From: a virus
Reading direction: 5' to 3' (one strand)
Virus record (IMG/VR): IMGVR_UViG_3300012920_000029
Location: 8,428 to 72,427 of that record
Length of the DNA: 64,000 bases
Position 1 is the first letter of the stretch; each line of letters begins with the position of its first letter. The notes under the pieces are model-generated. The model was not told the origin of the DNA. It was given only the letters and a program-made list of their open reading frames with translations, and ran no database searches. Positions 48,039 to 57,594 of the stretch are shown piece by piece. The translations under genes and the position numbers were made by a program.

Positions 48039-49778
48039 ATGGAGATTTTTATGCTAGGAGATCTACCCAATATGACTTCTCCCGGAAAGGGTGGGACCCA
48101 CGCAGATCCTATGCGATTATGGGCGCATTCTTTCTCTCCAAGGAATCTAAAACAGCTTTTTAGATGGACTGAATACTTATACTATAACTCTGCTCAAATA
48201 TTTGCAGGGGTTAGAAAGTTTGCAGAATACCCTATAACAGAAGTAGAATACCTCACAGATAGTGATAAGCTTACTAGCCTATATAGAAGATTGCTTGAAG
48301 AGACTATAGGTATAAAACAAGCTCTAATTAAAAGTTCTATAGATCTGCAGGTTTATGGAAATTCATTTACCTCAGTACATTTACCTTTTAAAAGAAGCTT
48401 AAGATGCTCTAAGTGCTCTTTTACTGAGAAAGCTACTGAAGTAGAGTTTAAGTACAACCCTCATAAAGCGGTATTTAAACATACTTGCTCTGATTGTGGT
48501 CATGTAGGGGAATCCAAAGTAGTAGATAAATTAGAGTTGTCCCCAGAAAAAATCAACATAGTTAGGTGGGATCCTAAACTAATTCAAATAAACTATAACA
48601 CTGTTACTGGAGAAAGTGAGCATTTTCTAAGCGTGCCTAGCAGTATGAAGTCTAAAGTTACTTCTGGAGATAGGCACTTAATACTAACCCTGCCTATGGC
48701 TATTTTAGAAACTATAGCTAACGGTGAATTATTTAAGTTCAATAAGAATGAATTAATGCACTTAAAAGCTCATGCTCCCGCTGGTGTGGAAAGTGGTTGG
48801 GGATATCCACCACTAGTAGCATGCATGCCTTTATTTTACCATGCTAGCGTACTAAGAAAAGCTAACGAGTCTATTGCTTTAGAACGTATAGTGCCTATGA
48901 GAGTTATGCATCCTCAAGCTATTAGTGGAAATGCTGACCCTATTCTAAGCTTATCTATGAGTAAGTTTATGGGAGAAGTGGAAGACAACATTAAAAAATG
49001 GCGTAGAGATCCTAACCATATTATGATGAGCCCTGTAGCTATTGGAGTATCTCAAGTAGGTGGGGAAGGTAGGGCCCTTATGGTGAATGCTGAAATTCAA
49101 CAAGCTGAAGATAATATTATAAATGCTATGGGATTTCCGAAAGAATTCGTATACGGAGGACTTAGTTACACAGGTAGTAGCGTTACTTTACGCATGTTAG
49201 AAAATCAATTAGAGTCATCCGTATTCCAAATAAATAAGTTGCTCACTTGGCTAACTAATAAGATGGGAGGGTATTTAGGCTGGGAAAAATGTAAGGTTAA
49301 GTTGGGAGACTTTAGGATGATTGATGATGTACAGCAAAAACAACTTATTATGCAATTATTTCAAATGGGCATGGTGTCTAAAACAACTATGGCGGAAGCC
49401 CATGGTATTAATATACAAGATGAGAGAGATAAAATAAAACATGAAAACCTGACTGATGCTAGATTCCAAAAAGAGTTAGAACTAGATATGATGGACCTTC
49501 AGAAAGATATTAGCCAACAAGCTAGGCAAATGGCAGCTCAGCAACAAGGTGCCGGAGGACTTTCTTATGATCAGCAGGCTGTAATATCTGAAGCAGAAAA
49601 CATTGCTATGCAATTATTACAAACAGACCCAAGTACACGAAAATCTCAGTTGTCTAGTTTACAAGCGGAAGATTATGTGATGTACTCTGTAGTAATACAG
49701 CGTATGGAACAACTGCAGCTAGATCAGAAAAACCAAGCTATGCAACAAGCTATGGGCGGTGGACAACCCCCTATGTAG
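48039..49778 (+). CDS. Probable portal protein
   Basis: 579 aa; DLQVYGNSF, WDPKLI, ELMHLK...GWGYPPL, IINAMGFPKEFV portal-like pattern; Zn-ribbon insert; Gln-rich tail. Confidence 0.65.
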   Translation: MEIFMLGDLPNMTSPGKGGTHADPMRLWAHSFSPRNLKQLFRWTEYLYYNSAQIFAGVRKFAEYPITEVEYLTDSDKLTSLYRRLLEETIGIKQALIKSSIDLQVYGNSFTSVHLPFKRSLRCSKCSFTEKATEVEFKYNPHKAVFKHTCSDCGHVGESKVVDKLELSPEKINIVRWDPKLIQINYNTVTGESEHFLSVPSSMKSKVTSGDRHLILTLPMAILETIANGELFKFNKNELMHLKAHAPAGVESGWGYPPLVACMPLFYHASVLRKANESIALERIVPMRVMHPQAISGNADPILSLSMSKFMGEVEDNIKKWRRDPNHIMMSPVAIGVSQVGGEGRALMVNAEIQQAEDNIINAMGFPKEFVYGGLSYTGSSVTLRMLENQLESSVFQINKLLTWLTNKMGGYLGWEKCKVKLGDFRMIDDVQQKQLIMQLFQMGMVSKTTMAEAHGINIQDERDKIKHENLTDARFQKELELDMMDLQKDISQQARQMAAQQQGAGGLSYDQQAVISEAENIAMQLLQTDPSTRKSQLSSLQAEDYVMYSVVIQRMEQLQLDQKNQAMQQAMGGGQPPM

Positions 49779-49785
49779 AGGTATT

Positions 49786-50154
49786 ATGAGTAACGATAAC
49801 GATTTTATTAGTACAATATCCCAGCTAGCCGGAGATCAAGAAGGTCCTCAGCTTCCAGACCCTTTTCCAAGTATACCAAACCCGCCTCCAGGGTTTGACC
49901 CAGAAAACTCGCCTATAAGAACCGATTCTCCCAGCCCAGACCCACTTCCCTGGGCTAAAAAAAAGGCGAAGCAGAAGTACTTGCCTCATGCTAGGGTTTT
50001 CTTTATTAGCGATGAAGGTAATCCTGAATATGATAATGTTCTTAGACGCGGTGCTAATGGAGAGATTATCTTAGCTAAAAAAGAAGTTGCAGATTTAAAG
50101 GGCTCTAGCGGTTTCAAGGTATATCTTGAATGGCTAGAACCCTTAGAAAACTAG
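49786..50154 (+). CDS. Hypothetical protein
   Basis: GAGG RBS before the ATG at about 49787; Pro-rich N-terminus. Exact start uncertain (ORF track gives 49759). Confidence 0.5.
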   Translation: MSNDNDFISTISQLAGDQEGPQLPDPFPSIPNPPPGFDPENSPIRTDSPSPDPLPWAKKKAKQKYLPHARVFFISDEGNPEYDNVLRRGANGEIILAKKEVADLKGSSGFKVYLEWLEPLEN

Positions 50155-50155
50155 T

Positions 50156-50187
50156 ACTATTTAAGTAGTTGTGGCTACTTAAATAGT
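50156..50187. terminator. Probable bidirectional terminator hairpin
   Basis: 13-bp inverted repeat ACTATTTAAGTAG/CTACTTAAATAGT between convergent genes. Confidence 0.6.
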
Positions 50188-50218
50188 TTATCTACGATAG
50201 AAGACCAATCAAATATCA

Positions 50219-50572
50219 TCATCGTCTTTTTCTTCCTTTCCTACGGTTATACCCATCTCTATTATGTGCCTTTTGTAGTTTGGATAGAACTAAGGGATCT
50301 ACCCATCCATGAGCCAGAGATACATAAGGTTTACCTCTACTATGCACCTCCGGCCCTACAATAGATAGTTCATCCGGGTCATACCAAGTCTTCCCGACTT
50401 TGAAATGCCCGTGTTGACCTATACCTCCCCAAGGCCCTGTTCTAGAACTGCCGTCGCTTTTAACAACTTTAATTCTTTCACCCGTCCTCGGGGTTCTACT
50501 ACCTGTGTATAGATACGCAGCTCCTAGCCCCAAAAAACCGCCAATCAAAAATGCTGTAAAGTAGCACCCCAC
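50219..50572 (-). CDS. Hypothetical membrane-anchored protein
   Basis: N-terminal hydrophobic segment, basic C-terminus. Confidence 0.45.
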   Translation of the reverse strand: MGCYFTAFLIGGFLGLGAAYLYTGSRTPRTGERIKVVKSDGSSRTGPWGGIGQHGHFKVGKTWYDPDELSIVGPEVHSRGKPYVSLAHGWVDPLVLSKLQKAHNRDGYNRRKGRKRR

Positions 50573-50654
50573 AGCTATTTCTCTTTTGGTTCTATAAGTA
50601 TTACTACCAGACCACTCGCAACCTAAGCCTTGAGCGATCTGTACTAGGTTTGGG

Positions 50655-52013
50655 TTAACCCAGACTAGTGTTTTCGTCTGGGGGTGATAATAATTTGCGG
50701 AAATCGTTTACTCCTTCCTGTCCAATCATATCAGCTAGCTGAGGATCACTAACGAACGCTAGCAGTCCTTTTCTAGTTGGGAAATCATCTAGCCCGGGCA
50801 ATTCGGGAAGGAATTTTACACTCCCTTCTTCTTCGAAGTACCCCAACCCATCGAATATGGGTTCCAAGGAAAATCGATCACCTGTGAATTTATTCACAAG
50901 TGCTCTAATCTCTGGTACTGTTGAGGTCTTGATGGATTCACACTCAACCAAGAAATGGCAGATGGGAACATAGCAATCTTCGCCTACCATCTCAAAGACT
51001 TCTAGCTCCGACCCCTCGGCAGGGCCTTCCGGTCGGATCATCTGCAGAAGTTTGGTATCCCACTCCACCATAGGACCTACCTTTTCTACATAGGTTTCTT
51101 GCAGCTGACCCCACGCTGCGGTTAGACTACCTCTAGTGCTAGCCCACTCTGCCTCGGCTTTGGCTTCCGCCTCTGCCTTAGCTTTAGCTTTAGCAACCTC
51201 TACTGGTTTCAATAGCGCCGCTAGCTTAGCCTTTTTGGCCGCTAGCTTAGCCTTTTTGGCCTTAGCTTCCTCTTCAGCTCTTTTGCGATTTTGAGCCTCT
51301 AGACGTTTTTCTTTAGCCTGTTTCTCGGCCTGGCTCTCTTGAGCCTCGATTTCGAGGGGGGTAAGAGCAAGAAACTTACTGTATAGCCTACTGGACAAGC
51401 CTGTCACGGCTTGCCACAGGGAGCAAGTACCTCTACTTTCTCCCCTCACCATCACGTTTACTAGTCCTGTATCCAGAATAGTACCTAGAAAAAGAGGAGA
51501 ATCGATCACCTCTTCAGGGTCGTTACTAGTGGCCTGTAGATGTAGCTTAGTACCTACACCTTCAAGGAAGAGGGCAGCAGATGCTTGACGAAAAGGCTTA
51601 ACATGCTTCGCTTCGGTGCGGCGAATACACATCTCAATGATAGGAACCCCTGCCACTGTTTCGGGTACTTGCAAAGAGGCTGCTTGGGTTTCTCTCAATT
51701 TTACTTTGCAGACAAAGTATTCGTCTGCTTTACCACTAGGCTTATGCTTTAGGAAGTCAATAAGGATTCTAGCTAGTTGCCCTCTATTTGCATGGCCTGA
51801 GAGGCCTCTCCCCTCTAGCGTCAGAGACATTCCTTCCATGAAGGTTGGATTGTTTTTGACGAATTTCGCAAAGGGGTAGAAGGTTTTAGCCTTCTCTCCC
51901 TGTACTTTTTTTTTAGTCATCTCTGATCGGAATTTTTTATTTCCGATTTTCAGAGTTTTACTAGCCGCCCCGTTTTCAGTCTTGGGCGTATTAGACTTCT
52001 TTTTTCGTGCCAT
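50655..52013 (-). CDS. Hypothetical protein with Lys/Ala-rich coiled coil (probable early gene)
   Basis: 452 aa; AGGAG RBS; KAKLAAKKAKLAA from a 21-bp tandem duplication. Confidence 0.65.
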   Translation of the reverse strand: MARKKKSNTPKTENGAASKTLKIGNKKFRSEMTKKKVQGEKAKTFYPFAKFVKNNPTFMEGMSLTLEGRGLSGHANRGQLARILIDFLKHKPSGKADEYFVCKVKLRETQAASLQVPETVAGVPIIEMCIRRTEAKHVKPFRQASAALFLEGVGTKLHLQATSNDPEEVIDSPLFLGTILDTGLVNVMVRGESRGTCSLWQAVTGLSSRLYSKFLALTPLEIEAQESQAEKQAKEKRLEAQNRKRAEEEAKAKKAKLAAKKAKLAALLKPVEVAKAKAKAEAEAKAEAEWASTRGSLTAAWGQLQETYVEKVGPMVEWDTKLLQMIRPEGPAEGSELEVFEMVGEDCYVPICHFLVECESIKTSTVPEIRALVNKFTGDRFSLEPIFDGLGYFEEEGSVKFLPELPGLDDFPTRKGLLAFVSDPQLADMIGQEGVNDFRKLLSPPDENTSLG

Positions 52014-52101
52014 AACTATCTCCTTTGTTTGGCCGAGAGGGATTTAACCTCTATTGTCTAGTACCCAAACACTCCTTTGAAACTAGGGTGTCTGGTGCAT
52101 A

Positions 52102-52129
52102 TACTTATGACACATATACCTCTGATTTT
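52102..52129 (-). promoter_or_regulatory. Candidate promoter (AAAAT-N11-GTGTCATAAGTA)
   Basis: Variant of the motif at 35322 and 48011; upstream of the - strand gene starting at 52013. Confidence 0.45.
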
Positions 52130-52141
52130 GTGAGTTTTACT

Positions 52142-55100
52142 ATGTCAAAGAATACAAGATTTCTTTATACCACTCCTGAAGAAAAGCAAAAGCAGCTACG
52201 GCTCAAAACACTAGAAGGGGTTAAGAGCTTATTTCCTATTATAGGTACACACCACACCATAGAAGCTGACAATTTTGAAGTACAGGAAAAAGGAGTTACG
52301 TATGCGGATCATAAAAAAGCTCTTTTTAAAGGGGGCTCTATATATGAGCCCATTAAAGCTAGAGTAACTATTAAAGACAAAGAAGGTAATGTAGTCTCCA
52401 AAAGAAATAAGCACACTATAATGCACTTACCTAGAGTTACTCACCATAATACTTTTGTAGTAAGAGGTAACGAGTATGCTCTAAAGCATCAACTTAGGAC
52501 TAAGCCTGGAGTTTACACACGTAAGAGAGGTAGTGAGGAGTTGGAGTCTAGCTTTAACTTAGCTAAAGGAGCTAACTTCAGATTGAGTTTGAACCCTAAC
52601 AAAGGGGGCCTTCAAATGGAATATGGAAGTTCTAAGATTCCCATGTACCCTATACTAAAAGAGATGGGTGTAACTGATAGTGATATGTCTAAGTATTGGG
52701 GACAAGACTTAGTTAATCGTAATAAAGATCTGTATAAAAAGTCTTCTGAATCCGCAGTTAATAAACTATTCTCTAAAATAGTGCCTAAAGCAGAGCAGGC
52801 TTTAGCTTCTAATAGTACTGAAAAAGCTCAAGCAATTATGAGAGCCTACGACAACACTATATTAGATGAGGAGACCACCCGGGCCACTCTAAAAAAGGGG
52901 TTCTCAAAAGTAACTCCCGAAGCTCTACTAGTAGCAAGTAAAAAACTTGTTTCTGTATACAAAGGGGATGAGGAAGAGGATTCTAGGGATAGTCTTCAAT
53001 TTCAAAAGGTCGTAGGTCCTGAGGACATATTTAAGGAGAGGTTGGAGCTAAAAGCTAGGGAACTTAAATGGAAAATAAAAAATAAGTTGGATTTAAGCCC
53101 TTCAGTAAGTGTCGCTAAGGTTATGCCTAGCACTAGTACTAATGGGGAGCTAAAAAAGTTTTTAAGTACTGCGCAACTAGCTAGCTTACCTTCTCAAATT
53201 AATCCTGTAGAAATGTTAGATAGTGCTTTAGCCGTTACAAGGTTAGGAGAGGGTGGTATATCAAGTGATAGGGCTGTACCTGCTTCTGCAAGGAAGCTTC
53301 ATTCTTCTATGCTTGGTATAATAGATCCTTTCAGAACACCGGAATCTGGTAACGTAGGTATCGATCAAAGATTTACCTTTGGAGCTAAACGAGACGATGA
53401 CGGAAATCTATACGCTTCTTTAAAAGATGCTAAATCAAATAAATCTGTAGATGTATCCGCTACAGAAATGGGTACTAAGGTAATAGCGTTTCCAAATCAA
53501 GATTTAAAGTCTGGCCGAGTAGACGCTATGGTTAGAGGTAAAGTAGGGAAGGTTAAACCTAGCGAAGTAGATTATTACATAGATAAAGCTCCCAAAATGT
53601 ATACATTAAATACTAACTTAGTACCTCTATTAGATAGCACACAAGGTAATAGGGTTATAATGGGTTCTAAAATGGTAGGACAAGCTATGCCTTTAGTAGA
53701 TAGGGAAAAACCTCTGGTTATGAGTTCCTTTGACGATAAGTCTGATACTGAAGAAGATTCATTAGAAAGAATAATAGGACAAGCCACTACTAGAGGTGTA
53801 CGCTCTTTAGGAAAGGGTAAAGTAACAGAAGTCACTAAAGATTATATAAAAGTTAAGTACTCAGATAAATCTAAAGGTGAGCAGACTTATGAAATACCTC
53901 ATGATATGCCTTTAGCTTCTAAAACTTTTTTAGATGGTGTAGCCAAAGTAAAGGTAGGGGACTCTGTAGAAGAGGGTACTACTCTAATGGATACTAATTT
54001 TACAAAAGACGGTACTTTAGCTCTAGGTAGGAATTTAAAAGTAGGGTATCTGGCTTATCATGGATTAAACTCTAACGATGCCGTAGTTATGAGTAAAGGA
54101 GCTACTGAGAAAATGGCTTCTATAAATATGACTAAGTACGTTATTGAAGAAGATAGAGACACAGTTATAGATAAAAACAAGCACTCAGCTAACTTTCCTA
54201 GAATATTTACAAAGGACCAATATTCTAAACTTAGTAAAGGTGTTGTACAGGTAGGTCAAAAACTTCGCCAAGGAGATCCTATAGCAGCCGTATTAAGAAA
54301 AAAAACTCCCAGTATGGAAAATCAGATATTAGGAAAAGTACACAAATCACTAAGACAAGAGTACTCAGATAATAGTGATGTATGGGACAAGTCTTCAGAA
54401 GGCGAGGTAGTAGCTGTAGAAAAAGAGGGTAAAAGAACTACAGTAGTGGTTAAGAGTGTTGAGAAACTTAAAATAGGGGACAAAGTTAGTAATAGGTATG
54501 GAGGTAAGGGTGTTATCAGTAAGATAGTAGATGATTCTGACATGGTACAAGACGAGTCTGGAAAACCCATAGATATACTATGGAGTTCTCTAGGTGTAGT
54601 TAGCCGTATTAACCCCTCTCAAGTAATTGAAACTGCAGCTGCCAAAGTTGCTGAGAAAACAGGCAAACCCATAGCTATATCTTCTTTTAAAAAGCGTAAT
54701 AATGTAGAGTGGGTACGAGGACTAATGAAAAAGCATGGTGTGAAAGATAAAGAAACTGTGTATGACCCTATTACAGGTAAGAAAATACCTAATATAATGG
54801 TAGGTCCCCAGTACACTTATAAGCTATTCAAAAGTTCAGATACTAACTACGCTGCTAGAGGCTTAAATGGGGGGTACGATATAAATGAGCTTCCTAGTAA
54901 AGGAGGGGTTACAGGTGCTAAAGGCACTGGTATTATGGAGATAAATGGTTTACTAGCGCATGATGCTAGAGATATTCTTAAAGAGAATGCTACCATCAAA
55001 GGTACTCGTAACACTGAGTTTTGGAGAGCCTTCCAGCTTGGGAGACCTTTACCTCCTCCCAAATCTAGTTTTGCTTTTGATAAGTTTAAAGGTATGTTGG

Positions 55101-56509
55101 CAGGTGCTGGTTTAAAATTTAAAAAAGAGGGTAACCACATGTCTATGGCTCCTCTTACAGATTCTGAAGTTAGGGCCATGTCTAATGGAGAGATTAAAAA
55201 TGGTAGGATGGTGCTAGCTAAGAATTTAAAAAGTGAGGCGGGAGGTCTTTTTGATTTAGGTAAAACAGGCGGAATAGTAGGAACTAAGTGGACTCATATT
55301 GAGCTGCCCGAGCCAGTAGTTAATCCTTTATTTAAAGATGCTAGTAGGCGGTTGCTAGGTATGACCGAGAAGGAGTTGGATGAAACTACCTTTACAAAGG
55401 GTGGGGAATACATTAAGAAAGAGCTAGATAATTTAGACTTAGATTCTAAGCTTTCTAGCCTAAAAGAATCTATAAGTGCAGCTAAAGGAGCTGATAAAGA
55501 TAATAAGTATAAGCAGATAAAAGCTATTAACGCTCTAAAAGCCAATGGTATGAAAGCCGGGGAAGCTTATACTATGAAAGCTTTCCCTGTACTACCTCCT
55601 AAACTACGTCCTGTAGTTCCTGGTGCTAAGGGTGATCTATTAATATCTGATGTAAATCATGTTTACAAAGATCTTATATTAGCAAAGCAAAAGCTGCAAG
55701 AAGCTAACGAACTTGGTTTACCTGATGAAGATATTAAAGATATGCGTAGGCATGTGTCTGATGCTGCAGGAGCAGTTATAGGTACTAGAGAACCTGTATC
55801 TTCTAAGCTGGCTGCTAAGCAAGTAAAAGGTATAGTTAATACTATAACAGGCACTAAGACTGGGTTTTTTAATGGTAAGGTTCTTGCTCGTAGATTAGAT
55901 TTTACAGGTAGAGGTACCGCAGCTCCTGACCCTAGTTTAGGTATGGATGAGGTTGGCTTACCTGAGACTATGATGTGGGATATGTATTCGCCTTTTGTTA
56001 TCAAAAATTTAACTAAACAAGGTTATTCTGCTCTACAAGCCAAGAAAATGGTAGAAGATAAAAACTCCCGGGCTAGAGAAGAGTTAATGATAGAGTCTAA
56101 TCGTAGACCTGTTATACTTAATAGAGCTCCTTCTCTACACAGGTTTAATGTTATATCATTTAAACCAAAACCAGTTAGCGGTACTACCATACAAGTAAAC
56201 CCTTTTATGGAGGATGGTATGAATTTAGATTATGATGGCGACGCTCTCCAAGTACATGTACCTGTTACCGAGGGCGCTGTAAATGATGCTAAGAAATTAT
56301 ACTTATCTAATAATGTTCTTGGAGATAGGAACAGAAATACTATTTTAGCTTACCCTAAACAAGAAGCTATGGCAGGTCTTTTTAAAGCGACTATTAATAA
56401 ACCCACTTCATCTAAGGCTATAAAGTTTAAAACAACTAAAGATGCTTTAGCAGCTTATAGGAGAGGTGAGGTAAGTACTAATGATTTAGTGGAGATAGAT
56501 GATGAGTAA
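52142..56509 (+). CDS. rpoB/rpoC: Multisubunit RNA polymerase, beta fused to the N-terminal half of beta'
   Basis: beta motifs: LGEGGI, TPESGNVG, NRVIMGSKMVGQA, GDKVSNRYGGKGVIS, SRINPSQ. beta' motifs: PVLPPKLRP, RRLDFTGR, NRAPSLHR, catalytic NLDYDGD. ATG 52142 preferred over TTG 52025. Confidence 0.92.
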   Translation: MSKNTRFLYTTPEEKQKQLRLKTLEGVKSLFPIIGTHHTIEADNFEVQEKGVTYADHKKALFKGGSIYEPIKARVTIKDKEGNVVSKRNKHTIMHLPRVTHHNTFVVRGNEYALKHQLRTKPGVYTRKRGSEELESSFNLAKGANFRLSLNPNKGGLQMEYGSSKIPMYPILKEMGVTDSDMSKYWGQDLVNRNKDLYKKSSESAVNKLFSKIVPKAEQALASNSTEKAQAIMRAYDNTILDEETTRATLKKGFSKVTPEALLVASKKLVSVYKGDEEEDSRDSLQFQKVVGPEDIFKERLELKARELKWKIKNKLDLSPSVSVAKVMPSTSTNGELKKFLSTAQLASLPSQINPVEMLDSALAVTRLGEGGISSDRAVPASARKLHSSMLGIIDPFRTPESGNVGIDQRFTFGAKRDDDGNLYASLKDAKSNKSVDVSATEMGTKVIAFPNQDLKSGRVDAMVRGKVGKVKPSEVDYYIDKAPKMYTLNTNLVPLLDSTQGNRVIMGSKMVGQAMPLVDREKPLVMSSFDDKSDTEEDSLERIIGQATTRGVRSLGKGKVTEVTKDYIKVKYSDKSKGEQTYEIPHDMPLASKTFLDGVAKVKVGDSVEEGTTLMDTNFTKDGTLALGRNLKVGYLAYHGLNSNDAVVMSKGATEKMASINMTKYVIEEDRDTVIDKNKHSANFPRIFTKDQYSKLSKGVVQVGQKLRQGDPIAAVLRKKTPSMENQILGKVHKSLRQEYSDNSDVWDKSSEGEVVAVEKEGKRTTVVVKSVEKLKIGDKVSNRYGGKGVISKIVDDSDMVQDESGKPIDILWSSLGVVSRINPSQVIETAAAKVAEKTGKPIAISSFKKRNNVEWVRGLMKKHGVKDKETVYDPITGKKIPNIMVGPQYTYKLFKSSDTNYAARGLNGGYDINELPSKGGVTGAKGTGIMEINGLLAHDARDILKENATIKGTRNTEFWRAFQLGRPLPPPKSSFAFDKFKGMLAGAGLKFKKEGNHMSMAPLTDSEVRAMSNGEIKNGRMVLAKNLKSEAGGLFDLGKTGGIVGTKWTHIELPEPVVNPLFKDASRRLLGMTEKELDETTFTKGGEYIKKELDNLDLDSKLSSLKESISAAKGADKDNKYKQIKAINALKANGMKAGEAYTMKAFPVLPPKLRPVVPGAKGDLLISDVNHVYKDLILAKQKLQEANELGLPDEDIKDMRRHVSDAAGAVIGTREPVSSKLAAKQVKGIVNTITGTKTGFFNGKVLARRLDFTGRGTAAPDPSLGMDEVGLPETMMWDMYSPFVIKNLTKQGYSALQAKKMVEDKNSRAREELMIESNRRPVILNRAPSLHRFNVISFKPKPVSGTTIQVNPFMEDGMNLDYDGDALQVHVPVTEGAVNDAKKLYLSNNVLGDRNRNTILAYPKQEAMAGLFKATINKPTSSKAIKFKTTKDALAAYRRGEVSTNDLVEIDDE

Positions 56510-56744
56510 TACCCTACTTCAAGCATACAACACAGGTAAACTTATAGCTATCTACAAGTATGCTGAAGAGTCTAGCTTAGATAAAGAAGAAGACTTGACA
56601 CCAGTGCTAGAACACCTTGTATCAGGAATGCCTCTAAAAAAAATTACTTCAGAAGTTAAAAATGATTCAGAGAAGGTTGAGAAAGCTAGTTGGGGTGATA
56701 AGATAGAATTAGAGCCTGGGTCTGCTACTGGCATAGAGGTATAA
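56502..56744 (+). CDS. Small hypothetical protein (AYxxG / KYA motifs)
   Basis: Overlaps the RNAP stop; GGAG RBS; start 56499 or 56502. Confidence 0.5.
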   Translation: MSNTLLQAYNTGKLIAIYKYAEESSLDKEEDLTPVLEHLVSGMPLKKITSEVKNDSEKVEKASWGDKIELEPGSATGIEV

Positions 56745-56745
56745 C

Positions 56746-57594
56746 ATGGAACACTCTAATATAGAAGAAGCCTACTTAGTAGGTAGAGAGCTAGCACGCA
56801 AAGAGTTTGAAAAAACTGCTTTCTTAGGAGCCTTGTTTAGAGGAGGTAAATTCCTTGCAGGTATGGGACACCTTGGTAGAGCTGGTTCTAGATTATCTAG
56901 AATAAGCGGACATCATGTAGGTATGCCTCTAGGATTTGGTTTATTAAATGCTGCTACCGCAGAAGATGGTGAAAAATCTAAAGCGTTTGTAAAAGGTTTA
57001 GCAGGAGGCTTAGCTTTTAATGCATTAATGCCTTTAGGAGCTTCTATAGGTAAGAGGTTATTTGCTCCAGGTTTTAGTGGTAAAGGTTCTTTAGATATGA
57101 TGAGAAGGATTGGGTTTGGTAAAACTCCTTCTAAGTTAATGGCTCAATCGCAGGGTATAAATAGGGCTTTAAGGAGCAGGCAAGGTTTGTTTGGCCGTAG
57201 AGGTGTCTTAGAGAGAATGATGGAATCTGGAAATTTTTCAAAATCTAAAGATCTGTTTAGTGCTCTTAATAAGATTAACAAAAAAAATATGCCCCCAGAG
57301 ATGAGAACACAGTTAGCTAGGCTTAAAAGAATAGCTAGTGGTAAAACTGTAATAGATCCTTCTAAACAAAAAGCGGTACTAAATGAATTTAAAGATTTTA
57401 GTAAAAAGCTCTACCAAACAGGGTTTACACAAGGTACTGCTGCACAGCAGCGTGCTTTAAAGGGACTAAGATTTTCAAAAGGTTTAGGTATAGCTGCGGG
57501 AGGAATGGGCTTAGGCATGGTAGGTAGTCATGCTTTAGAAAACACTATGAATACTACCCCGGCATCTTACTTCAATTCTACTGGGGGGCACTGA
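56746..57594 (+). CDS. Basic Gly-rich hypothetical virion-like protein
   Basis: AYLVG...FEKTA then Gly/Ala-rich hydrophobic segments. Confidence 0.55.
   Translation: MEHSNIEEAYLVGRELARKEFEKTAFLGALFRGGKFLAGMGHLGRAGSRLSRISGHHVGMPLGFGLLNAATAEDGEKSKAFVKGLAGGLAFNALMPLGASIGKRLFAPGFSGKGSLDMMRRIGFGKTPSKLMAQSQGINRALRSRQGLFGRRGVLERMMESGNFSKSKDLFSALNKINKKNMPPEMRTQLARLKRIASGKTVIDPSKQKAVLNEFKDFSKKLYQTGFTQGTAAQQRALKGLRFSKGLGIAAGGMGLGMVGSHALENTMNTTPASYFNSTGGH

Noticed and set aside
51217-51261. 21-bp tandem duplication as a regulatory repeat
   Set aside because: It is an in-frame coding duplication (AKKAKLA) within a low-complexity helix.
56502-57594. Intron or intein interrupting rpoC
   Set aside because: The intervening ORFs have their own RBS and virion-like motifs, with no homing endonuclease or splicing signatures.
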